From Perna viridis (Eukaryota), in NCBI GenBank assembly GCA_037379345.1, contig CM074512.1, positions 16,306,001-16,370,000 of the forward strand: a stretch of 64,000 bases of DNA, read 5' to 3'. Position numbers and translations under genes: made by a program. Of the stretch, positions 40,001 to 55,000 are shown piece after piece. The first letter of the stretch is position 1. Every line of letters starts with the position of its first letter. The notes under the pieces are model-generated. The model was not told the origin of the DNA. It saw only the letters and a list, made by a program, of their open reading frames with translations, and searched no databases.

Positions 40001-43000
40001 AATGGAACTGAATGAAACTTTCACAGAATTTTCATTTTATATTCCCATTATGCACCTTCAATTTTAGATTTTGATTAGAAACTAATCAAGGGTTTCTCAG
40101 TGCAAAACATGGACTTACTCATTTGTGGATATGGGGACATAGGGGCCCATCACTTATCTGTTACGCCTCCTATATCACTGAATGAAACTTAATGAAACTT
40201 TCACAGACCTTTTATTATATATTTATGAACTTGATGAATATATCTCAATTCATTTAATTTTTTGGGGATCAATAGATTATGGACTTGAAAACTAAAATTG
40301 CCTTTCCATATTAAAAAAAAAATCAGGCATAGCCATCCATTTAATTTTGTTGAAAAGCACAATAGATGGAGTAATGACATTTTGCTCATTTAAAATTATC
40401 TTTTTTGAAATTTAAAAATCTTATCGATATTAGAAACATTTTTTTCACCATACCAAATAGTACAACAGTAATTAAAAAGAGGAAAAATTACATTATCACT
40501 TTCCTCTTCAGTGCAACTTCCATGCATTGTTTCTGACTGGACAACATGGTCAGCACCCGATGCTTCTGGAACCAGATACAGAGTAAGATACATGACCAGA
40601 CCTGCTCTCAATGGTGGAAAGGAATGTCCAGATCTCATCCAACTCTCCAAAGGTATTTTCTATATTTCCCATGAAATGAATTTTACCAGCAATTCCAAGT
40701 GATTGCCCAGTATCCAGGGCATTAGGTATATGTTTGTGCTTACTAAGTTTCTTACATTATGATTAGTTCTCCTTCAAGGAAACACACCAAATCAGCATCT
40801 GATTTAATGTTTACATTTCTCAAATTACTAACCAAGATTTTTATCATCATCACAGGGAAAAAAGTGGGAGGTGTTTATAGGAATCACCCAGTCTGTCTGT
40901 CCCTTAGTTCGTCAACGTTTCTTATAAGGGCAACTGCTCCTAAACTGTGCAAGAAATGTTGAGAACGTCACTGGAAACAACACAATGCATTATTGCATTT
41001 AATTGTCAATATTGATGTTGGCTATAACGTTTGTCCGAGTAGAAGTTCCATATTGTTTTTAAAATGAATGTGTTTAATGAAAGAACCATCAATCGAAATC
41101 TAGGGGTGTTCATGAATTTTCATAAAAGATTGGGCATTATAAGTAGATGTGACATTTAATGTTTTACCATATCTGTTACTCGACTGCATCTTGGAGACAA
41201 GCCATACACCCAGAATTATGTGTTATGAAGCACTTGTCCATTCTAAAATACCTAATTTTGGTTTAATGATAAATGACAGAATAAATTTTGGAACCAATTA
41301 AAAAATGTTTTATTTAAATTTTTTAATGAATGCTATTGCCATGTGTTTCAGAAAGAATGTATATATCTGTATTATTTGATAGAAAAAAAATGGTTGAAAT
41401 TTTACTCACTTTGTTGTATCAAATAAGCTATTTCAAGTTATTGTTTTGTGTTTACTATATTAAAGGTGATAACTGAATAGGTGCCTATTTCATGTGTGTG
41501 ACGAACTTTATACTTTAAATTTTGATAAAGTATATATGGTCATTGACGATGAAATTGAATTCAATTGAGAGAAAAGAATATAACTAATTTAAACTACAAC
41601 ATCTTTCATTACATTCATTATTTTGTCTACTTTTTACTTTGTAGTGCAACTTCCATGTATTGTGTCTGACTGGTCTGAATGGTCAGCACCTGATGCTTCT
41701 GGAACCAGATACAGAGTAAGATACATGACCAGACCTGCTCTTAATGGTGGAAAAGAATGTCCAGATCTCATCCAACTCACTAAAGGTACCAGTTCATTAG
41801 GCAGAATTATTTTCTAAAAAGCATCTCCATTTGATATTAACAAAAAATATAGTTTTTGACTGCCTGTCCTTTTGATAAAGGTTAAAATAATCTGAAGGTT
41901 TCAAAATTAGTTTTATTACCAGCAGTAAAAACACCTTCTCTTCTGTATTTTGATAAATAACAAATGGAAGTGAGACAAACTTGCTCAACACAGTTAAACC
42001 TGTCAAAATGGAACCTTTTAGCTGGAGGGCTATGTTCTTAGTTTAGGTGCATGTTTAGTTAACACATTAAAATGCTTTAAAACTATTTTCAAGGGAATTT
42101 AAAAGATGTCTTATTGAGACAGGGTATCTTGTTTATTCAGGGTTACATTTAGACAGACTTTACTGTCATTTAATACTGGGAGAGATTGATATAATTGATT
42201 CCATATTTTTCTTTCCCTTTTCAGTACCACTACCTTGCATTGTGTCCGATTGGACCACATGGTCAGCACCTGATGCTTCTGGAACCAGATATAGAGTTAG
42301 ATACATGACCAGACCTGCTCTTAATGGTGGCAAAGAATGTCCAGATCTTATACAACTTTCTAAAGGTAATTGAATATTTCCACTGTGTTAGGTATATACT
42401 GTTATTGTTCATAGATACGTAAGTTCATCTGTCCATTGAATTTGCCTATACTTGACCTTGTGAACCCATCATGGAAATGGTATGAAATTTTATATGCAGG
42501 TAATACCATTATCCTTGTCAGTCACACATCAGCTTATTTTTGTCGGCATTGCCAGCTTTAAAGCATTGATATTATAGGCAGGATAAGCTGTGGACATATT
42601 TGTGTGACCAGTGATATTATAGGCAGGATAAGCTGTGGACATATTTGTGTGACCAGTTCTTTATAAGGCTTTGCTGCTCATTAATTTTTTGTTTTTGCTT
42701 CTTAATTATTCTGTATGTTCTTTATTTGTTCTTACTTTTAAGTTTTTGACTGGTAACTGTTGATTTCATTTTTAATAGTACAACACAAATATTCCTCCTA
42801 AATAGTTTTGATATTTAAAGCCATTTAACCATCTAATTGCCTCTACATCTTACACAAGCAAAAGAATTTCTAAAGTTTTAATTTTTTTTACATTCTTTCT
42901 TCAGTTAAATTGCCATGTATTGTGTCTGACTGGTCTGAATGGTCAGCACCAGATGCTTCTGGAACCAGATACAGAGTTAGATACATGACAAGACCTGCTC

Positions 43001-46000
43001 TTAATGGTGGACAAGAATGTCCAGATCTCATCCAACTTGGCAAAGGTATCATAGACTCTTCCTTATTAATGTATTGATATTTAAAAAAAAGAATTGAATT
43101 ACAGTGTAACGGTATTCAATTAGTTATCTTATCTAGATTAATATACACTAATTGCTTGCTGAGTAAGATTTTCCATTCAGCTATTTAATTTCATCAATTC
43201 TTTAAATATATACCTTAATATTTGCAAGGTTCTTTCTATGCTATATATGTGAGGTTTGAGGAATTGTGAAAATAGAAGCTTGCCCAATTTAAGTCCAAAT
43301 GTTTTACTCATGATTATTTCAATTCTGTTAAATCTGAAGACACGGAAAATAAAAACATAAAAAATTTAATATCTCTATTCTTAGAGCAAATTGCAAAATT
43401 TGGCACCCACGAAAATTACCCCCTATATGGTATTACTGGAAATATTATGTGAGTTTGAACTACTACTTCAAACAGATTTTAGATCTGATAATTGACATCC
43501 ATACTATTATACTCCCTCAAAACAAAGTTTGGGGGGGGGTATATAAATATCACCCCATCTATCCATCCATCTGTCATTTCGTCTGCCTGTTCACATTTTT
43601 TGATGAAATTTTAATAGGAAGGCTGGGTATCATATGTAGATGTGCATGAAGGAATGTAATTACTGTGGGAAGACTCCAAAGGGAGATAATCCAAATCAAG
43701 ATTTTTACATATTTAAACTTTTTAAGTTTTTACGTGCAACTCCTCCTAAACCGCTGAAGGGATTTTAATGAAATTTTATAGGACGGTTGGGTATCATATG
43801 TTCATGATGTAAGTGTGTATTAAGGAATATAGTTACTGTTGGATAAAGCCAAAAGGAGATATTTCAACAAGTGTTTTATATGGAAGTCCATTTGAAGGTA
43901 TTTTGTTTGTGAGCTTGTTTGTAATAAGTTGTTTTTCTAGTTGTCCCTAATGAAAATAGAGAGGCACAATGAGCTGTTTATAATCTCAACAGAACTAGTT
44001 CATTTATTTTTTAGTACAACTTCCATGTATTGTATCTGATTGGACCACTTGGTCAGCTCCTGATGCTTCTGGAACCAGATACAGAGTTAGATACATGACC
44101 AGACCTGCTCTTAATGGTGGCAAAGAATGCCCAGATCTCATCCAACTTACTAAAGGTAGGATTGGATATTGAGTTCATGTGTATTTTTTTTTGTTAGAGG
44201 AGCTTAAAGATGGATATCTGGGGTTTGTCATGAATCAGAATTTGACAGCATAATCTTTATCCTGTAAATATGTGAATGTGTAAAGTGATATTTTATCATC
44301 TGAAATTATGGCGAACTTTACCTAATCTTAGGGGAGGTAATTTGATAATTATTCACTTTTATTTTTCTTGTAGATTTTTAAAATTGCAGAAGTACCCATT
44401 ATAGTATTATTTGTTCTCAGGAACAACAGATTGAATTCACTTAATAATTGGTTAGGGTCCCACACTATGCTTACATACTTCAGCATGTCTATTACCAAAT
44501 CAAATTAAGTTATTCAAGTTGTAAATGCAGTTGAATAATTGCTTGTATTCAGATTAACAATGTCACACATTTTGATTCATAACCTTATTCAATACAGATT
44601 TTTTTTTTATAACTTACAGTTAAACTACCATGTATTGTGTCTGACTGGTCTGAATGGTCTGCACCTGATGCTACAGGAACCAGATACAGAGTTAGATACA
44701 TGACTAGACCTGCCCTTAATGGTGGCAATGAATGTCCAGATCTTATCCAACTCACTAAAGGTCTGTATTAAACTGCTGTAAGACCTGTAATAATATATAA
44801 GATGTAGTGTCAACATACAGTTCTTGAATTTGGTATGATTAAAAGACAAAGTTCATTATCATGTTAAAATTCTGGTCTATTTTCTGCTGAATCTTACAGA
44901 ATTTTGGTCATTTAGAATAAACATAAATCATAACCAATTAATGGTATGAATTGTCAACCAGCACATGTTTGATATTTACCTGATTCAATGCTTTAATTAT
45001 TTTACGATACCTGTAACAGTTCCACTGCCATGTATTGTGTCTGACTGGACTGAATGGAGTAAACCAGACGCCACAGGAAGTACATTTAGATGGAGATTTG
45101 TCACTAGGCCTTCTCTTAATGGTGGTAAAGAATGTCCTGATCTTATACAGTCTAGAAAAGGTATGCTGGCATACCATGCAGAAAGAGATCAAAGCATTTT
45201 AATGTTAAATATGATGGGTGTTTGATTGCCGACAGTTTGCAATTACAAAGCTTGAAAACTTTCAATTTGAAAAAGGAAAACAAAATAAAATAAATTACAC
45301 TCATTTAACATACACAATGAATTTGCTTTCTCTCCATTCAATATTTATACAATAAATTTAATGAGTTCTTGAGTGCCTCATCAACTCAGCTTGAATAAGA
45401 AACCAATATATTAACCATATCACTGCTAAAGATTACATTGGTAGGGTACAAATATGTCACGAGGACAAAGATTCCTGAAATTTCTTGGTCCTTCATATGT
45501 TTACTTTTAAGTGATATTCTCTGTAAGAATCAGGCAGTGGTAAAAAAAAAACACACACACGTCTTTCTATGAAATCTTATTCAGTATATTATCTGAAATG
45601 CAGAAATGCCATTCAGTAATTATATGAAATGCCTTGCACCCATATGGTCGTGTGTTTTCTGTGATTCATTACTTTGAATTTTGCCTGATTCTTACAGATT
45701 CCAGCACTTAATTACTTTAAAAAAAAAAGTATATACAGGTACAATAAACCTCTAAAAAAAGTATATACATGTACAATAAACCTCTGAAAAATCTTGTTAA
45801 AAAAAAAGTTATATTTCAAGAATTAGAAAGTAGAAAATCATATTATTGGATTACTTTTGATTAATTATTCATTTTTGCTCATTTTATTACAATTGCTCTT
45901 TGATTGTTTAATATGTCTTTTATTTAATGATATTTATTGTGTTACTTTTACTTTAAAGTTTTATGTTTCATCAGCATTTAGTCGGAAATTTATTTTTATT

Positions 46001-49000
46001 TTTTATTTTCAGCCTTAATGGGGTCAATGAATTACTTTTGATACATTACTGTGTAATACAAAAAGTTTGGTTTTGAACCTTGTATTGGGGCTTGCTACAT
46101 ATTTGTCTCGTGTGTATTTCAGTACCACTGCCATGTATTGTGTCTGACTGGAATGAATGGTCTGCTATTGATGCTACTGGTACCTCATTCAGATACAGAT
46201 ATGTCACCAGACCACCAATAAACATCAATGGAGAATGCCCACCACTTATACAATCCAGAAAAGGTATGTTGGTTTAAGGGTTTGTTTGGTTTTCATTAGT
46301 ACTTTCTTAATTTATAATGTTTAGTTATAATTGTCCAGTGTATTTGTAGGCAATCATTTCTTTAGAATGTTTGAATGCAAGAAAATTATGTTACAACTTC
46401 TCCAATCTTTTCATTTGATACATGAAATTCACATATTACTATACTGAAAGTCATTATTAAAAGAACCAATGGCAGCAACCTATCCAAATGATTGTGGGTG
46501 GTCTAAATTTTTTATTTTACTACACTTTTGGTGTTGTAGTGGATTTCAAGAATGTATTCACTCAACCTGTATTGCCCTTTACTATTGGGTGTTTTTCCAT
46601 CTTTTAAATAGACTGCCATAATCACACAATGTTTACAAACAATGTATATAATACTGTAATTCAAGTATTAATATGCAGCATATATCTAGAACGTATTGTT
46701 TTACCATTTAAACAAAATATTATAAATTATTTAGTCTTTCAATTATATACTTAGGCCAATATCATTAGTTGCATGATAAATCAGTATTCAGTTGCATTCA
46801 TTGAATTTTTACATTTTTAAAGCAAATTCTTCTATGACTATTTTTTCTCAAATTTCAGTACCACTACCATGTATTGTATCTGAATGGAATGAATGGTCAG
46901 CACCTGATGCGACAGGAACCACATTCAGATGGAGATTTGTTACCAGACCTTCTATCAACAATGGCAAAGAATGTCCAGATCTCATCCAATCAAAGAAATG
47001 TATGTTCTTTAGTTGTTGTTTAAATACTCCATCTTAATGCTATTATATAATTACCTCTAAAGGAATAATGCGACTAAAATAAATTAATTTTAGAATGTTC
47101 AATTTTTTAACTTATTTTCAAGTTAAATAGCATTTGAAAAGGTTACTATAAATATAGAGGGCGCCTCAATGCTATTATTTCTATTATACTTTGAATACTT
47201 ATATCCAATATTATATTGTAGAATCAAAATATTTCTTGTATACATTTAACATTCACATCGAATTTCAGTACCACTGCCATGTATTGTGTCTGACTGGAAT
47301 GAATGGTCTGCTATCGATGCCACTGGTACCTCATTCAGATACAGATATGTCACCAGACCACCAATAAACATCAACGGAGAATGCCCACCACTTATACAAT
47401 CCCGAAAAGGTATGTTGGTTTAAGTTTTCATAATTTGTTGACTAGTTTATTTCAACTGATATTGCATTACAAAATAAAATGGCAAAGAATAGTAAATATT
47501 TGCAAAGAAAGATTATGTATTTTAAGAATCAGTTGTGATGTTAACTCCTATACGTGTGCTGAATTCAGGCACTTGGAATGTAGCTTTATATGGGTGCGCC
47601 ATATTTTGTGATTTTGGATACTGTCCTTATCAACTACCTGTATGAGTAGGGGATGAAAGGGAGGTACATACTTTCCCAGTAAAATTTGGGATTCAACTGA
47701 ATCAAAATAAGCACCTGATTTTTACTGACAAATAGGGTTTATCAATTTATACCTCTTTCTATGAACAGTACCACTTCCATGTATTGTGTCTGATTGGGTA
47801 CAATGGACAGCACCTGATGCAACAGGAACCACATTCAGATGGAGATTTGTTACCAGACCTTCTATCAACAATGGCAAAGAATGTCCAGATCTTATCCAAA
47901 CAAAGAAAAGTATGCTTATTTGCTCTCGTTTCTCTTAAAACTGAGATTAATCAAGAATCTCAAAAACATTCTTGATATTGTTAAATGGCTTAGTTATGTT
48001 CTTAGGTGAAATATTTCCTGAAAATATTACTGGTTCTTTAATTTTTTTAAGTGCTAGTGATGAGAGGAAATTTCCAATACTGTTTTTGTCCATAGTGATA
48101 AATACCTAAATTTGAAAAAAAAAAACTTTTTTATTTTACTCAACAGTATCTTATGAAGTACTAATTGATTTCAGTACCACTTCCATGTCTTGTGTCTGAC
48201 TGGACCACATGGTCAGCCCCTGATGCTACAGGAACTACATTCCGATGGAGATTTGTCACTAGACCAGCAATAAACCATGATGGAGAATGTCCACCACTCA
48301 TACAATCCAAGAAAAGTATGTTGTTAAAATGTATCAACTACAATAATTGACAACATAGTAAACCCATGTTAATTGCTCAATGACTAAATCATTTAAATTT
48401 AAAAAAAAAATTATATGTACTTCAATTTAATACTGTATTATTTTATAAAAGTACTAAGACAGAATGCTCTGATATCATAATCACAATTTAATTATTATTT
48501 TTTGTTCGTCAAATAATCAGTTTTGTTTTTCTTAATGTTAGTTTCCTCACTCCATTTTTATTTAACAGTACCATTACCATGTATTGTGACTGACTGGACT
48601 GAATGGTCAGCACCTGATGCCACTGGAACTTCATTTAGATGGAGAATGGTAACAAGACCTTCATTGAATGGTGGAAAAGAATGTCCTGATCTCATACAAT
48701 CTAGAAAGAGTAAGTTTTGAATTTTTTATTTTTTTTTATCCTAGTACTTATAAAGTTGTCTTTTACAAAATGAATAAATATAATAAAAGTAAGCAGTGGA
48801 GGCTCATCTGATTTTGCCTTACGGAGCTTACTCATCCAGTAAAGATAATGTGTCAAAAATTATCTTTCAGTACCACTTCCATGTCTTGTGTCTGACTGGA
48901 CCACATGGTCAGCACCTGATGCTACAGGAACTACATTCAGATGGAGATTTGTCACTAGACCAGCAATAAACCATGATGGAGAATGTCCACCACTCATACA

Positions 49001-52000
49001 ATCCAAGAAAAGTATGTTTCATGTTTAATGAAAGGATTTAATTTTTTTATGCCATTTTGATGGGCATGGGAATTAAGTTTTACTATTATTGGTACATCTG
49101 TTAATGCAATATACAGCTTCAACATGGTAGATTGTACCATTTGGTAGCTAGTGCATTGATTTCTTGTCAGATTTGTTTACGGGACAATTGTCTACAAAGC
49201 ATTCCTTAATTTTTGGCAAATAATATGAATTACAAGTCAAAATTGATGATCATTGACATGATTACGGTAATGCTTTACTACACTATATAGAATTAATAGA
49301 TTCCTTTAACAAGGTGGTATATGGTTTTGCAGAATCTTATTTACTCACTCCTGAGTTTACCCCATTTTTATTTAACAGTACCATTACCATGTATTGTGAC
49401 TGACTGGACTGAATGGTCAGCACCTGATGCCACTGGAACTTCATTTAGATGGAGAATGGTAACAAGACCTTCATTGAATGGTGGAAAGGAATGTCCTGAT
49501 CTCATACAATCTAGAAAGAGTAAGTCTTAACTTCAGGTTTTTTTTCTTGTCACTATATCTCTAAAAATTATCTTAAATAAAAAAAAAATCCAAAGTTTAC
49601 AAAGTGCACTCATGTAGTCAAAATAAACCGTTACTTTTTTTTTTTTCCTTTCAGTACCATTGCCATGTCTTGTGTCTGACTGGACCACATGGACAGCACC
49701 TGATGCTACAGGAACTACATTCCGATGGAGATTTGTCACTAGACCAGCAATAAACCATGATGGAGAATGTCCACCACTCATACAATCCAAGAAGAGTATG
49801 TTTTATATATAGCCTGCATTTTGATTTGAAGTAATTCTTAGAAATTCTAATTCTAGTGATTTAGCATATCAGTTATTGGAGCCGCTAATGTTATATACTT
49901 CATGAGTTTGAATCATTTTGTGCTTCACATTTTACAGTATTAGTACTTAAATACATGTCTATAATTTTATTTCAGTACCATTGCCATGTATTGTAACTGA
50001 TTGGAATGAATGGTCTGCTATTGATGCTACTGGGACAACATTTAGATACAGAATGGTAACCAGACCTTCTATCAACAATGGCAAAGAATGTCCAGATCTT
50101 ATCCAATCTAAGAAAGGTATCAACAAACATTTAGCTGTTTTATTCAACTTACTTTAATCAAAATTAATATGTTTTTTTTTCTTTTTTACACCACCAAAAA
50201 TTAAGGATTGGGAGCAGGAGGCTTTAGGTTATGTAGGAACCACACTGAGTACCTGTAAACATCTTTTAAAAGGGCAGCTTCTTCTAAACCATTCTATCGA
50301 TTCCAATGAAACTTTGAAAGGAAGGATAGGTTTCAAATGTAGATGTAGATGTAAAAATAATCAGCTTTGGGTGGCTTTAATGGGAGATAATCCAACTGAA
50401 GAGATTAGCCTTTAGTGGGAGAGAGGGAGAATGCTTCTTGTAAACATTTCTGTTGTTGTTGTTCAATAATTACATGCTAGTAAATGTCATTAAAATTCAT
50501 TATTGATATTTGCAGTGCCTTTGCCATGCTTGGTTTCTGATTGGTCACAGTGGACAGCAATAGATGCCACTGGAACAATCTTCCGTTATAGATTTGTAAC
50601 CAGACCACCTATAAACCATGATGGAGAATGTCCACCACTCATACAGTCCAAGAAGAGTAAGAATCTATGTTTCTATGGCTTTACTAGTGTTAGGTATTTT
50701 CTGTAAATTTGATAATAGAGTTTTTTTTAATACATAGTTTTTTTACATTTTAAGTCATTATTTATTGGATATATGCAATACAAAGTAGTTTACATCATAA
50801 GTCAATGTTGGAATCATGATAGTTATGTGATAAAGTTGTTATTTCAAATAAATGTCTTGAGTACATTTGTTTCCTTGATGACTAATTTAATTTTGTAGTC
50901 TGCTGTCTGGCAGTTTTATTCTTCAATTGATGATATATGGAATGTATAGAAATGTTCAGAATTTTTTATACAATCACTAAATACTTATTTATAATGTAAT
51001 TGTAAATTGTGATATGCTCTTTAATAATAAGCACCTGATTTTTACTGACAAATAGGGTTCATCAATTTATACCTCTTTCTATGAACAGTGCCACTTCCAT
51101 GTCTTGTATCAGACTGGACCAACTGGTCTGCACCAGACTCTACTGGTACCCAGTACAGGTACAGAATGGTAACCAGACCTTCTCTTAATGGTGGAAAAGA
51201 ATGTCCAGATCTCCTACAATCCAGAAAAGGTATTTACTCACTGTTTCTCATTTCTGAGTAAACCAGACAATTATACATTTTGCAACATATCTATATCTGT
51301 ATATATTTAGACCAAGGTTTTTCATAACTGAAATTTAGCTTTTATATAAGTCTGAATTATCTTAAATTTCTCTGTACATGGAAGCAATTCAACCTTACAT
51401 CTGGTAACCTATAAATGAATAAAAATCATGTGACTGCAACATTTCACAAGCTTTGTTGAACTGGAACTTGACCCAGTCTTTGGAGGAAGATAAATTTTCA
51501 GACATTTTCACCACTGTTAGTTCCATGTTTCTTCATGGATCAGGACTTACATGCTGTTATATGATTTTTTTTTATTACAGAAGAGCCTACCTAAATTATT
51601 TTGGTAAAAGTTATTCTTAAAATGATGTACTTTTTTTTTAAAATGATGTGGTCATATTTTTACAGTCAAACTGCCATGTATCGTGTCTGACTGGACAGAG
51701 TGGAGCAAACCAGACACTACTGGTACCATTTACAGATACAGAATGGTAACCAGACCATCTCTTAATGGTGGTGCTGAGTGTCCAGATCTCCTACAATCTA
51801 AGAAGGGTAAGTTTGGAATGTTGTTGTTTAATAAGCCACTGTAAAACATAATTGATTGATTTGTAAGAATTATGGGATATCTTCTTAAATTGGATTAATT
51901 TTGAGCACTGGTATTCAATTTAACAATAGACTTGGAATACTAATGTAGGTAATGGTTAACACTATACAGGATTTTTTTAAAGGACATGAACATTTTCTTC

Positions 52001-55000
52001 TTAAAATTGTTACTTTTCTGTATGTGTTAGTGACATGATTACTGTTGTGTTTTTACAGTTGAACTACCATGTATTGTAAGTGATTGGACTGAATGGACCA
52101 AACCAGACTCTACAGGAACATCAACTAGGTCCAGATATGTCATTAGACCACCACTCAACCATGATGGAGAATGTCCACCACTTCTACAAACCAGAAAAGG
52201 TAAATTTCTATCAACTTTGTTTGTGCTTGTATTCGTTAGACTGTCAAATACAAAATCATCAATATTGCCAATGTCAGTATGCTATACACGTTTCAATGAG
52301 TAACCTCTCATCAGCAGCATTAGTACCAAATACTTAGGACAATCAAAGTAGAAAAAACATTGTATACAAAAAGTACCCACACCCAAAAATGTTGAAGTAG
52401 GAAGTCAAATTCAGCATCATGAGGTTACACCATGAGCATTACAAGGAAGGGAGCCTTTGTGCTAACGAGATTTTGAATTTCATATTACATTATATTATAA
52501 TTTTTGGTAAAATATGTATGATATAATTCTGGTAAGACAAGCCTGACTATTGGACCTTTGGTCCTCCAGCATCAACCCAGTGGATATTCAATTAAAAAAA
52601 TACCAATCATATTAATATGGTAAATTTTGTTATGCTGTAAATGTGTTTATCTTGTTAGTGGTGATCCTTTTCAAGGAAAATTTACCAAAAAAAAAAGAAC
52701 AAAACAAAATCGGGAAACATGATTTGAATAGATAGATTATAACCATTTATGTTTATCAAGGAGACAACTGAATCAAACTCACCAGATGGACATTTTTAAA
52801 AGAAGTGAAAGAACTACTTGTGTTTTATAGTCTTTAAAGTATATATCTTACTTTAAAAAGTATTAAGATTTGTAGCATATAGTTTTGTTTTATCTCCTGT
52901 TTCATGACAATTTATTCTATTCTTAGTTGACCTGCCATGTCTGGTTTCTGACTGGAGTGAATGGAGTAAACCAGATCCAAGTGGTAAACGTTACAGAACT
53001 AGGAAGGTTATCAGACCAGCGCTCAACAATGGAGCGAAATGTCCAGATCTTATGCAAGAAGACAATGGTTAGTAGAAAACATTACAGATTACACTAATTT
53101 ATGTGTTGTTTTCAGCTATGAAGCATGAGCTAAACAATAACCTTGTCTGTCTGTATGTTAACTTGAAAGATGAATTCTTTCTTAAAATGTATGTTAGGTT
53201 TCAGTTAAATTTTAAAAATTCTTTATAATCTGCTGCAGGTTTTGATATGATTGTTGGTGGTAGTTCAATGTAAAAAATCCTCATTCATTTGTAACATTTA
53301 GCATTTTATATAACTCATTATTTTATTTCTAAATACTGATACACTTTCAGTACTTCTACATCTACATATATTTACAGTTGAAGTACCATGTATAGTGTCA
53401 GAATGGGGACCATGGAGCTATCCAGATGATCAAGGACTTAGTAAGAGAGTAAGAACTATAACACAGGCACCACTGCATGGTGGTACTGCATGTCCACCTC
53501 TTGAGGAAAATAGAAATGGTAGGTTGGATGAAAAAGTTAAGCTTTCTCTCAGTTAACAGGTACAAAATGTCTCATCTTTTGCACATTTGAGATAGTTAAG
53601 TAAAGTGTTTTTTCTATATATCTATTTTTATATCCTGCATTTAATTACTTTTTGATATCTACAGTTTCAGAAGCTGCTGTATCAATATTAAAATCCAAAG
53701 CACATCATACTTTCATTACATTTAGCATAAAGTTGGGCACCTTGGAAATTTGTATAGAAATGAATGTTTATAGGAGCAATTGGTATTTGAAATATAATTA
53801 CTGTGATCCAATATTTTCTTTTAAAAATATCAAAGCATGTCAGATATGTTCTCTTTCCACAAATTTATAAAACAGTCATTGAGCTGATACTTTCTTTTTT
53901 AAAATGCGCTCGATTTCCTCACATAATCTTAATAAATCTCACTGACACTAAGGCATAGCTAAGTCAAAATCAATTTGATGACCTCTGTATTCTAAATTGA
54001 TTTTTTTTTAAAGAGTGGCAAACTAACATACTGTCAAGTCAGATTTCAAAAATGTTTTGTATCTGCATTTACATGAACTATAAATATGTAACTTTACTAC
54101 TACAAACTGTATCAGTCAATATTTTCTTGATTTACTGTTTTTCAAATATCAGTACTAAAAAAATATATCAGTACAGATCCATGATATTTCTTCAAAACAT
54201 TCCAATATGTTATTTGTAAAATAATAGGGTAATAAGTTGTTTCATTTGTTGTATGATCTGGTCTCTATATTTCCTCATTTAATGATTCCATTATAGTGGA
54301 AAGAGACTGTGTTGTAACAGAATGGACCCTGTGGTCTAAGCCAAATAGAAGAGGAAACTCTGAGAGAACAAGGGAAGTTCAGGTTAAATCCCTCCATGGT
54401 GGAAAGGAATGCCCACCACTTAGAGAAACCAGACAAGGTAAATAATGTGCTAGATTCCCTGTGTTAGATTTCTAATACATCTGTTGTGTACAAATGTAAT
54501 GTAATACCATAGTGTGTTTAATTTGATTTTGATCAGAAAAATTATAATTAAGAAGGTTAACATAATTGCTTGTTGAAAGCTGTTTTTTTTTTTTAACTCA
54601 AATGAAAACTTGTACTCCCAAAAGGAAAATGAGGGCAAGTACCTTCATGAAAACAGTTCCGCTCTCACAGATTTCACCGGTGGACATATTAAGTACCATT
54701 AAATGCTATTTGTTCCATAACAGAAAGATTATTGGTTAAAGTCATATTTGTGTTTACTTGTAGTTGATCTGGACTGCATTGTTAGTGAATGGGGAATCTG
54801 GTCTTCACCAAATCAAAATGGTATCTCAAGGAGAACAAGAACAGTATTACGTCAACCAATTGGTAATGCTGGTGCTTGCCCTGACCTTGAAGAAACCAAA
54901 CAAGGTAAAAGTAAAACTAAGAACCATTGGGTAAATGTAAAGGTAGCTACAATTTTAAAACTAGAAACCAACCAAAGCAATTACTTTCAAGTAATAATAA

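Noticed and set aside
820-50147. Family of minus-strand ORFs (MPSWIRSGHS...LVMYLTLYLVPEASGADH...)
   Set aside because: They are antisense shadows of the TSR exons. Splice signals and domain motifs are all on the + strand.
4361-52337. Alternative-frame + strand ORFs (e.g. MNGLHGPNQMLLEL..., MCLNGPDGQHLM...)
   Set aside because: They are off-frame readings of the same exons. Variation among copies is silent only in the TSR frame.
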